A stretch of DNA of 58,978 bases from Verrucomicrobiales bacterium (GCA_005777315.1 SXMN01000367.1:1-58978), one strand, 5' to 3'. Shown: positions 9,003 to 16,215, numbered from the stretch's first letter. Numbers and translations are program-made. The notes: generated by a model from the letters alone, not told the origin.

Positions 9003-10726
9003 TGAGTGTTAACAAGTCAGGCTTGATCGAACGGCTAAAGTCACTCCCCTCGGAGAAACTGGCCCGACTCCGGCAGGAGGTCGCTTCTCGCCTGACTGTC
9101 GGTCACGCTCAAGTGGCCGAGTCCCTCAAGCGTTGTGGGATCAAGCGAGTGTATGGCATCAGCGGCACGCCGGTGGACCAGATCTTCGCAGCGTGCGCCG
9201 CGCGCGGCATCCGGCCCATCTCAGCGGCGAATCAAAATGCCGCCGTTCTGATGGCGGCGGCGGGCAACTATGTGGCCGGATGCCTCGAGTCCGTCGTGGT
9301 GCTCTCTGCGGGGCCCGCCGTGGCCAATTCTGTGATGGGAATACTCGTCGCGCACGACAACGGATGGCCCGTGCTCGTTTTCGGCGGCCGCCGGGCGCTC
9401 CACAAAGAAGGCATCGGCTACTTCCAGGAACTGGATGCCGTGCCGATTCTTTCGCCATTGACCAGGATGTCTGCCACGGTTCGAAACACCTCCGAGATCA
9501 CTGATTCGGTCTTTCAAGCCTTCACCACGGCCCAAACCGGACGGCGCGGGCCCGTGTACATCGATCTCCCGGAGGATGTCCTGGAAGGATATTCGCTAGA
9601 GCGCCGGACGCCATCCCCAGAACTGCCGCCGCGATCGGAAATCGACTTAAAGGCTGTCCAGAGCGCGGCCCGGCTCGTTGCGGAAGCGGAGCGACCTTTG
9701 CTGATCCTCGGCGAAGACCTTCGCTGGTCCTTTCAGCCGGAGTCGTTGCGCAAGTTGGTCGAAGGTTTTGGAATCCCATTCATCACGTCGCCGATGGGAC
9801 GCGGCTATTTGCCCGATGATCATCCCCTCTGCGCGAACGAAGCGCGACGGTGGTTTCAAGGCCAGGCCGACGTCGTTGTCATGGCTGGGGCGTGGCTTGA
9901 CTGGCGGTTTCGATTCGGCACGGAGCTGGCCGTGGATGCGAGAGTGATCCACGCGGACACCGACACGAAAACCCTGGGCAAAAACGGTGTACCCAAAGTC
10001 GCCGTCATGGGCGAACCGGGAGAATTTCTGTCCCTTTTGGCCGACGCCCTCGGCACCGATATGAACGGTGTCGGCGGGCACCGGTATGCCGCATGGCGCA
10101 AGGTGATGGTGGAAGCCATCGCCGAGAGACGCAAATCGTCTGAAGAGTGGCTTTACCAACAGGCCGTCCCGCTGCTGCCTCAACAGCTCTTTCTGGCGGT
10201 GCGCGATGTCCTGCCGGCGGACAGCATCATCGCAGTCGAAGGCAACATCTGCCTGGCAGCGGCGCAGAAGATCCTGCAAGCCCGTCGTCCCGCTTCCTGG
10301 TTGGACCCGGGCAGAAACGGCGTGATTGGCGCCAGCATCCCCTTTGCGATGGGCGCGAAACTGGCCTGTCCGGAGCGTCCGGTTGTTGCCTTTTGCAGCG
10401 ACACAGGGTTTAGCATGAGCGCGATGGATCTTGAAGCTGCCGTGCGCCATCGCATCTCTATCATCGTCGTGATCGCGAACAACGATGGAAACAGCGGTTC
10501 GGTGAGGCAGAAAAAATTCTTCCCTGTCGGCTACCCCGAGCGGTTTTCGGAGTTCCTCCCAGGCCTGCGGTATGAGCGAATCATGGACATGTTCGGAGGC
10601 CATGCCGAATACATTACGGAAGCAGCGGCAATTCGCCCTGGATTCGAACACGCCCTCGCTTCGGGCGTTCCCGCCTGCCTCAACGTTCGTCTGGATCCGC
10701 ACGCTCCGCATTCGGGTTTCTGGTAG
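8999..10726 (+). CDS. ThDP-dependent enzyme of the acetolactate synthase / oxalyl-CoA decarboxylase / 2-hydroxyacyl-CoA lyase fold
   Basis: 575-aa ORF. Three-domain ALS-like layout (GISGTPVDQIF..., central SPMGRGYLPDDHP, C-terminal SDTGFSM...ANNDGN ThDP/Mg motif). ATGA overlap with the upstream A-T gene. About 45 aa N-terminal extension. Confidence 0.9.
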   Translation: MMSVNKSGLIERLKSLPSEKLARLRQEVASRLTVGHAQVAESLKRCGIKRVYGISGTPVDQIFAACAARGIRPISAANQNAAVLMAAAGNYVAGCLESVVVLSAGPAVANSVMGILVAHDNGWPVLVFGGRRALHKEGIGYFQELDAVPILSPLTRMSATVRNTSEITDSVFQAFTTAQTGRRGPVYIDLPEDVLEGYSLERRTPSPELPPRSEIDLKAVQSAARLVAEAERPLLILGEDLRWSFQPESLRKLVEGFGIPFITSPMGRGYLPDDHPLCANEARRWFQGQADVVVMAGAWLDWRFRFGTELAVDARVIHADTDTKTLGKNGVPKVAVMGEPGEFLSLLADALGTDMNGVGGHRYAAWRKVMVEAIAERRKSSEEWLYQQAVPLLPQQLFLAVRDVLPADSIIAVEGNICLAAAQKILQARRPASWLDPGRNGVIGASIPFAMGAKLACPERPVVAFCSDTGFSMSAMDLEAAVRHRISIIVVIANNDGNSGSVRQKKFFPVGYPERFSEFLPGLRYERIMDMFGGHAEYITEAAAIRPGFEHALASGVPACLNVRLDPHAPHSGFW

Positions 10727-10781
10727 ATCCCAAGTCCGCCGAGCGATCCGAGCTCGTGAAGAGTTCCATTGCGGCTCAGTT

Positions 10782-11052
10782 CAGCGTCGAGCCGAACCTC
10801 ATCTTCCCATTGGCGTAGCCACCCTGGGATTCAGCCGACAGGCATTCCGGCAGGCATTCCGCCTTTACGACGTCTCCGAGGCGGGATATTGCCGCGGCGA
10901 CCTGGCCGGTCTTGAGGCTTTTTCAAAACAGCTTGCCGTGGACTCTGAATCGTGCGAAGTAAACGCCCGATGATGAGCAGCGGATCAGATTCGACTACTG
11001 TGTCTCCAGCCAAGGTGAATCTTTCTTTGGCGCTATTTTGCCGCTGTTTCAC
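10782..11052 (-). pseudogene. remnant of a tyrosine integrase N-terminus (decayed paralog of the integrase at 19538-20695)
   Basis: The nucleotide sequence aligns by eye with 20438-20695. It has an extra base near the start, an in-frame TAG where the intact copy has TAC, and a 12-nt tandem duplication at 10839-10862. Only about the first 90 codons remain. Confidence 0.7.
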
Positions 11053-11131
11053 AGCAGCAGTTTTGGGATGCAGTGTGGAAAATCAAATTGCGGTCCGCTG
11101 AAATCATCTAAAAGTCCAATAAACCGAGTGT

Positions 11132-11171
11132 GGAAGGGTGGCTGAGTGGTTGAAGGCACCTGACTCGAAAT
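11132..11171 (+). repeat. displaced 5' half of tRNA-Ser(CGA); att-type direct repeat (attL side)
   Basis: 40 nt identical to 20776-20815 (acceptor 5' strand through the anticodon loop). Identity stops one base after the loop. No 3' half follows. Confidence 0.85.
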
Positions 11172-11193
11172 TCAAAGCAGCCGGTTTTCTCAT

Positions 11194-11213
11194 TTTTGCC
11201 CACATTAGCGCAA
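11194..11213 (+). repeat. 20-nt direct repeat copy 1 (TTTTGCCCACATTAGCGCAA)
   Basis: Repeated with one mismatch at 11267-11286. Contains the imperfect inverted half-sites TTGCCC/GCGCAA. Confidence 0.6.
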
Positions 11214-11266
11214 CGCATCAAATGCACATGGATATTGGTCGGAATCGCCTTTTAGCTTGCCGCCAC

Positions 11267-11286
11267 TTTTGCCCACTTTAGCGCAA
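11267..11286 (+). repeat. 20-nt direct repeat copy 2 (TTTTGCCCACTTTAGCGCAA)
   Basis: See copy 1. The two copies start 73 bp apart, just inside the island's left end. Confidence 0.6.
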
Positions 11287-11297
11287 AAATGACCGGC

Positions 11298-11320
11298 CAG
11301 TATAGAAATGCAGTATAGAA
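11298..11320 (+). repeat. 23-nt motif CAGTATAGAAATGCAGTATAGAA (internal tandem CAGTATAGAA), left-arm copy
   Basis: An exact second copy lies at 20701-20723, between the integrase start and the tRNA. Confidence 0.7.
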
Positions 11321-11431
11321 TGATGGGTTCCCTGAAAGGTAGCGGCTCTGACCCTTTGGCACTTCCTGCCTTGAATCCGAGGACGCCCAAGCCTTGCATC
11401 CTATAACGGGGAGCGTTACGGTGTCCCGGCA

Positions 11432-11713
11432 ATGATACGGAACTTCGCCTGCCCTGAGACAGAGCGGCTGTTCTATGACGAGGCGGTGCGGCGGCTTCCA
11501 CCCGGCATTCAGCGGGTAGCCCGGCGCAAGCTGCTCCTGTTGCACCAGGCGCGGCGCGTCGATGATTTAAGGTCGCCGCCAGGAAACCGGCTGGAAACGT
11601 TGAAGGGCGACAGGAACGGGCAGCACAGCGTCCGTATCAATGACCAGTGGCGGCTGTGCTTCCGCTGGCAGGACGCAGACGCTTACGACGTGGAAATCGT
11701 GGACTATCACTGA
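11432..11713 (+). CDS. higB: HigB-type toxin (RelE/ParE superfamily, plasmid maintenance killer protein)
   Basis: 93 aa. C-terminus LKGDRNGQHSVRINDQWRLCFRWQDADAYDVEIVDYH is typical of HigB. Followed 2 nt later by higA. Confidence 0.9.
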   Translation: MIRNFACPETERLFYDEAVRRLPPGIQRVARRKLLLLHQARRVDDLRSPPGNRLETLKGDRNGQHSVRINDQWRLCFRWQDADAYDVEIVDYH

Positions 11714-11715
11714 GC

Positions 11716-12033
11716 ATGAAGACGAAGAAACTGGAACCGATCCATCCGGGAGAAATCCTCCGGGAAGAGTTCATGCAACCGCTCGGCTTGTCTCAGAACG
11801 CGCTGGCGCGGGCGCTCCGGGTTCCGCCCCGGCGCATCAATGAGATTGTGATGGAGAAGCGCGGCATCACGGCGGACACGGCCTTGCGGCTGGCCCGATA
11901 CTTTGGCACCAGCGCGGAATTGTGGACGGGCTTGCAGGCGGACTATGAGTTGCGGATGGCGCGTTACGAGACGGAGAGGGAAATCGAACGCGAAGTGTCG
12001 CCGCTTCATTCGGCAGCCCCGGTGCCGGCGTGA
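11716..12033 (+). CDS. higA: HigA-type antitoxin (XRE-family HTH)
   Basis: IHPGEILREEFMQPLGLSQNALARALRVPPRRINEIVMEKRGITADTALRLARYFGTSAELW is the HigA signature. Start placed at ATG 11716 inside track ORF 11647-12033. Confidence 0.9.
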   Translation: MKTKKLEPIHPGEILREEFMQPLGLSQNALARALRVPPRRINEIVMEKRGITADTALRLARYFGTSAELWTGLQADYELRMARYETEREIEREVSPLHSAAPVPA

Positions 12034-12067
12034 TCGCAGCCACCTTCTTCTACTTTATCTGGCGAGA

Positions 12068-12427
12068 TCAGGTCGGGCGAAAGCGGACGCGCCAAGTCTC
12101 CACGATCGCGAGTCGTCCGGGCAACCGTTCGATCAACTCCCTCTGCGAAAGAAACGAGTCCAACGCGCTCACGACGACATTTGCCACGGCATCGTCCGGC
12201 AACTGCAACACGACAATGCCGGAATAGTTTTCCGGCGGATAATTGCGGATGTCGGCAAAGTCGAAGTCCCGCGTGACCAGGGCCATGTCATGCGCTCGCG
12301 CGTGTCGCGCAATTGCCGCGTCATCCGGCCCCAATCCCACATCCCGGACATGCACCGCTTCGTGCCCGTGGCGAAGGAGCAATGGCCCGGTCGAACGCGG
12401 CATGTTGGCATCGATCAGAAAGTGCAT
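12068..12427 (-). CDS. DUF5615-family PIN-like protein (putative toxin)
   Basis: 119 aa. MHFLIDANMP...ALVTRDFDFADI. Lies directly downstream (7-nt gap) of a DUF433 gene, the usual pairing. Confidence 0.8.
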   Translation of the reverse strand: MHFLIDANMPRSTGPLLLRHGHEAVHVRDVGLGPDDAAIARHARAHDMALVTRDFDFADIRNYPPENYSGIVVLQLPDDAVANVVVSALDSFLSQRELIERLPGRLAIVETWRVRFRPT

Positions 12428-12434
12428 TGGCAGA

Positions 12435-12671
12435 TCAGCCGGGCAACGGATGATACTGCTCCTGCTCCACCAAATCCCCGGCGAACTTCAGGGCCGCCCG
12501 GATGTCCTCCATGCTCAGGTCGTATTCCTTCTGCACGGCGTCGAAAGTCATCCCTCCCGCGAGGCTGCCTACCACCAATGCCACGGGCATTCGCGTGCCA
12601 CGGATCACGGGCTTGCCGTGGCAGACCTTCGGGTCGATCACGATTCGTTCCAGCAAGTCGTCTCGTTTCAT
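12435..12671 (-). CDS. DUF433 domain protein (putative antitoxin)
   Basis: IVIDPKVCHGKPVIRGTRMPVALVVGSLAGGMTFDAVQKEY is the DUF433 core. Start placed at ATG 12671 inside track ORF 12435-12821. Confidence 0.8.
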   Translation of the reverse strand: MKRDDLLERIVIDPKVCHGKPVIRGTRMPVALVVGSLAGGMTFDAVQKEYDLSMEDIRAALKFAGDLVEQEQYHPLPG

Positions 12672-12866
12672 GGAATGCAGTGTAACCGAATCGACGAGTT
12701 TCGACAGCAGGGATTTTGTGTGTGGAGAGGGCAGCAATTCTCCGGGGAAGATTTCCGCAGCCTTGGGGAGGGAACGCCACGGAATTTTCAAAGGTTCGGA
12801 ACATAGATCGAAGATCAACAAAACGCAGCGAAGCTGACCGAAAGAGAGGCAAAATGCGACTCAACC

Positions 12867-14018
12867 TTATCGTGCCTTCATCCGATAAAACCATCCGGGA
12901 CGATCCGCGACGACGCCATCGGTCCAAGTCCCTTTCCCGATTGAATCCAGAGCTACGTTGCCTATCTGCTCCCAAGGGCCGTTAGGCACGGGTGAGCCCT
13001 CCACGACTACAGTGGAGTTCGGTGTGCCCGTCACGACGAGGCGTGCAACCATCGCGATGGATGTGATTACGGGTTGCTGGAACGGCGGTTCGGTAAGCGG
13101 TAATGAATCCCACGCCAGCGCGAAGTTGACCGTGTCATTAGACGTGAAGACACGGATGCTTTTATCGCTTCTTCTGAAAACACCAAGGATAGGCTGTGGC
13201 ATGACTGTTTCCACAGTGGTGCCGTCAGTCGCGTGAAAGCGCAGGGTCTCTCTTTGCCAGGCGAAAATCCCACCGGGCACGAGCAGAACCTTCCAGCCGG
13301 AATCAATGAACGCCAAGGGCACCAGAGACTCGCCTCGCAGGACGAAGAGCCTCCACTTGAGGTTCAAACTGTCTCTGATGAAGGTTCCAAGTTCACCACT
13401 AAAGACCGGTTCGACGATGAGATCCGTGACCTGATGCCAGAGCCTGCCGTCCAAGGAGCGCCAGGTTCCAGTACCTGTGCCTACGAAACTCTCTCCGTCA
13501 AAATACACTTGAGTTAGCGAGATCTTGGTTCCGTTCACCGGCCCCCACGGGTTAAGGTATTCTTTCCATGTGGCACCTGAATCCTCAGAAACGTAAACAA
13601 TGTTCTGCGCCACAGTGATCCACCGCGCCCCGTTGACTGCTGTCGATGTACCCAGGGCACCAGGGCGGGAATGCGCAATTCTTACGCTCTTGCCATCGAT
13701 TATTCGATAGAGGTTCGTCGCGACTTGGAAGACTCCGAGACCACGATGGATGGTGCGGTCAATATGGCCTAAGAAGCTGTATGTTAGCCGCGCGATGTTC
13801 TTTGCAGTCGTCCCTCCATCGATAGAGAAGGCAGCGTAATCACCTGGAGAGTATGGGTCCAAATCCTTGCCTTGCCCGACAATCACGCCGTCCACAGCGT
13901 AGCCCACGAGATTGAACTGCGATGCCGCTTGCTTCCACGGGGTCAGGGAGATGTCCAAGGAACGGGTGCCAACGGCGGACATTAGAATTGCCAGCATCAC
14001 TGCAATCGGAGTCTTCAT
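12867..14018 (-). CDS. exported protein with Asp-box (BNR-like) motifs, function unknown
   Basis: 383 aa. N-terminal signal-like MKTPIAVMLAILMSAVG. SEDSGATW matches S-x-D-x-G-x-T-W, with weaker FSIDGGTT and RSLDGRLW. C-terminal beta-sandwich-like tail ending GWFYRMKAR. Confidence 0.75.
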   Translation of the reverse strand: MKTPIAVMLAILMSAVGTRSLDISLTPWKQAASQFNLVGYAVDGVIVGQGKDLDPYSPGDYAAFSIDGGTTAKNIARLTYSFLGHIDRTIHRGLGVFQVATNLYRIIDGKSVRIAHSRPGALGTSTAVNGARWITVAQNIVYVSEDSGATWKEYLNPWGPVNGTKISLTQVYFDGESFVGTGTGTWRSLDGRLWHQVTDLIVEPVFSGELGTFIRDSLNLKWRLFVLRGESLVPLAFIDSGWKVLLVPGGIFAWQRETLRFHATDGTTVETVMPQPILGVFRRSDKSIRVFTSNDTVNFALAWDSLPLTEPPFQQPVITSIAMVARLVVTGTPNSTVVVEGSPVPNGPWEQIGNVALDSIGKGTWTDGVVADRPGWFYRMKAR

Positions 14019-14398
14019 GTTTTGATTCGCTTAAGTTCTTTCTCCCACAGGGACACGATTACATTCCTCCGTATCGGGAATTACTCAATCGAAATCAGTC
14101 ACCATCACGGGAAACTCCGAGTGAACGCAGCCGTGTGCCTTCAAGCATCGACCGGTTCACCCTCATCCTGTCGGCTATCCGCTGATACCGGACAATTTTG
14201 AGCGGTGCAACATTGGGACCGCTTCAGTCCACGATCACGTCCGGCTTGAGATTCCACCGTCCGAGCTGATTGGCGTCGATCCAGTCCATCACCGCCGCAC
14301 GGTCGGGAACTTCCGTCCAGAATTTACCGTGCTCAACCGCTCCCATGAACATGGATCAGGCTTGATGCAAAAAGCGTCCTTTCTCCACCGGCAGCTTC

Positions 14399-14683
14399 TC
14401 AAACACGGCTCCGGGCGTTCTGTAGCATTTCTTCCAACTGGCTCCGTATCGCCGTCCTGAACTGTTTTTTCGTCCAGCCCGGAAACGTTTCGGGAGACTC
14501 TCTTTCAAGGGTCTCACGGACCTCTTCGATAAGTGCTTTCAGTGTTTTCTCCTTCTCCTCGTCAGACCCGCCAATGATCCCGGAAACCTCATCGCTCCGT
14601 GATGTTCGCGCCACGGCTGACGGCTCGAACGTTCGCGAGACATTCGTTGCATCGCTTCTCAAGTTCGGAGCGTATCTGGTCAA
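14399..14683 (-). CDS. hypothetical protein (weak call)
   Basis: 94-aa ORF overlapping the upstream ORF by 95 nt in another frame. The real start is probably internal (GTG), or the two ORFs are joined by a frameshift. Confidence 0.3.
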   Translation of the reverse strand: MTRYAPNLRSDATNVSRTFEPSAVARTSRSDEVSGIIGGSDEEKEKTLKALIEEVRETLERESPETFPGWTKKQFRTAIRSQLEEMLQNARSRV

Positions 14684-15143
14684 CCGTCATTCCGTTCAGC
14701 ACAACAGGGCATTCTGAAATCATGTTTTGCATCCACTGTTTAACCGGACCTAGAAGCGCCCACATCAACTCTCCAACTTCATCCTCGGTCCACAACTCGT
14801 CATTGATCTTCTGCGTTCGTGCTTCGAGTGATGCGACTTGTGCGACGAGTTTGCGTGTTTCCAGGGCTTCCATCGGGTCCGGCACGCCCACGTTCGCATC
14901 AAGCCAGCCTTCGGGAAATTCTCCAGGTCGAACCCTGCCGCCGCGCATGGATGGATGCCCGGAGTTTTTCAGCCGCTTGAGTGCGGCCATCGAGACTCTC
15001 AACGCTGTGGAAGCTCGTTTCAGCGTGTCATAAGTGCGGTCGGTCGGGATGGCTTCCGCTGTCGTTTTGCTCCTGGCTTTTGTGCCGTCAGTTTTCATTG
15101 GGATTTGTGATTCGGGTGTTTTTCCGTTTTTTTCATGTCTCAC
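14589..15143 (-). CDS. hypothetical protein; possible Nu1/DUF1441-like small terminase subunit (weak)
   Basis: 184 aa. HTH-like TLKRASTALRVSMAALKRLKNSGHPSMRGG followed by a coiled-coil-like region. The architecture recalls lambda Nu1-type TerS, by eye only. Confidence 0.5.
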   Translation of the reverse strand: MRHEKNGKTPESQIPMKTDGTKARSKTTAEAIPTDRTYDTLKRASTALRVSMAALKRLKNSGHPSMRGGRVRPGEFPEGWLDANVGVPDPMEALETRKLVAQVASLEARTQKINDELWTEDEVGELMWALLGPVKQWMQNMISECPVVLNGMTVDQIRSELEKRCNECLANVRAVSRGANITER

Positions 15144-15197
15144 GTTTTTTGCGACGGGTGGCCTTGGCTGTTGCCCTGGGAGGAAGTAAAAGATTCC

Positions 15198-15398
15198 TTA
15201 CCGGGGGTGGGGTGGCCTTCGGGAATGGCCTGCCCGCGCTCTTGGCTGGCCTGCGGACGCGCTTGGATGCACTGCAAGCCGGAATCCGCGAAGCGCCACC
15301 TTCAACGCGCCCTTGAGCCGTTGCTCAGGCGTCCGGCGCAACACACGGTCTGGCAATGGCCGTAGGAGAATCACATAGTTTGGCGGCTGCTCAGTCAT
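15198..15398 (-). CDS. small hypothetical protein
   Basis: 66 aa. Its start overlaps the upstream stop in an ATGA (15395-15398). Confidence 0.45.
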   Translation of the reverse strand: MTEQPPNYVILLRPLPDRVLRRTPEQRLKGALKVALRGFRLAVHPSASAGQPRARAGHSRRPPHPR

Positions 15399-15598
15399 GC
15401 CTGAATGGCTTTCAACTTCTGCCGATGGATTGTCAGCCGTTGGCCGTGTTCATCCAGGCAGCGGAAGAACCCGGCTTTCTCGGATGGTCCAAGAATGCGG
15501 ACGCGTACCCGGGCGACCGGCGCGTAGTCAGGTCCGAGTGTGGCGATGAAGTGTGCGGTTGCTTGGGCCAGCGGATTTGCGTTTGTGTTTGTGGTCAT
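15395..15598 (-). CDS. small hypothetical protein
   Basis: 67 aa from ATG 15598 (MTTNTNANPL...). ATGA overlap with the upstream ORF stop at 15595-15598. The track ORF extends to 15712. Confidence 0.45.
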   Translation of the reverse strand: MTTNTNANPLAQATAHFIATLGPDYAPVARVRVRILGPSEKAGFFRCLDEHGQRLTIHRQKLKAIQA

Positions 15599-16215
15599 CG
15601 AGGTATCCTTGGCATTCGCTCCTGTATTCGTGGTGCTGAGTGAAGTGGCTGGCCTGTTCGACTCCAGCCAATCAGCCGACCGCGTGCTCCAAGTTGTGGG
15701 TGCGAAGACCATCTCGGGTCGTTGCGTAGTGCCAGCCAGGTTGCCAACACGTCAACGAAGTCTCCAGGTATTGGCTCGTCAGGACGCAAGACCATCGGAA
15801 CGCTTTTGCGACATGACCTGGACTCTTCAGTTGGTCTGGTGACGATCCTCTCCTGAGCAGTGGGTGGCGTGATGAGAGGATGTGGCGGGGGTGTCTTGGG
15901 CTCTATTTTCCAGACTACGCGGACGGCTGCTGACCTTGGTTGGCGGACGGCGCGGAGTTGTCCACCAGCCTTGCGCCGTGCATCCTCCAACTTGTGCGCC
16001 AGTTCCTTTTCAGCCCAGAGCGGTTGGCAATGCGTGCCATTCCACTCTCGCAGCACGGCCATTGCGTCCGCGTCTGACAAACCAAAGCGGACACACTCGC
16101 ACGCGGCGCGGAATGTCGCCGGGTGTCCACCAGCGCCGGACACGGCAGGCGGAACCTTGGCAAGGTAGGCTCGGCAGGCGGTAAGGGCATTCATGGCAGG
16201 CTTTCCTTGCTCCAC
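15595..16215 (-). CDS. PriCT-like (primase C-terminal helical) domain protein
   Basis: N-terminal ~95 aa (GGHPATFRAACECVRFGLSDADAMAVLREWNGTHCQPLWAEKELAHKLEDARRK) resemble PriCT domains. The rest is Pro/Arg-rich and low-complexity. Confidence 0.6.
   Translation of the reverse strand: MEQGKPAMNALTACRAYLAKVPPAVSGAGGHPATFRAACECVRFGLSDADAMAVLREWNGTHCQPLWAEKELAHKLEDARRKAGGQLRAVRQPRSAAVRVVWKIEPKTPPPHPLITPPTAQERIVTRPTEESRSCRKSVPMVLRPDEPIPGDFVDVLATWLALRNDPRWSSHPQLGARGRLIGWSRTGQPLHSAPRIQERMPRIPR

Noticed and set aside
9647-10711. 354-aa minus-strand ORF
   Set aside because: It is an antisense shadow of the ThDP enzyme gene, whose own frame has clear family motifs. The other ORFs at 9133-10482 on both strands are rejected for the same reason.
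11132-11171. Possibility that this is an independent tRNA gene
   Set aside because: Only the 5' 40 nt are present. No anticodon-stem 3' strand, variable arm or T arm follows, so it cannot fold.
11903-12806. 260-aa and 187-aa plus-strand ORFs across the TA region
   Set aside because: They overlap higA, DUF5615 and DUF433, each of which has a strong family signature. Both are Arg-rich shadow frames.
14224-14355. 43-aa minus-strand ORF (MFMGAVEHGKFWTEVPDRAAVMDWIDANQLGRWNLKPDVIVD) in the gap between the Asp-box protein gene and the small island ORFs
   Set aside because: It looks like a fragment of something larger, but I cannot name a family. It is too short to support.
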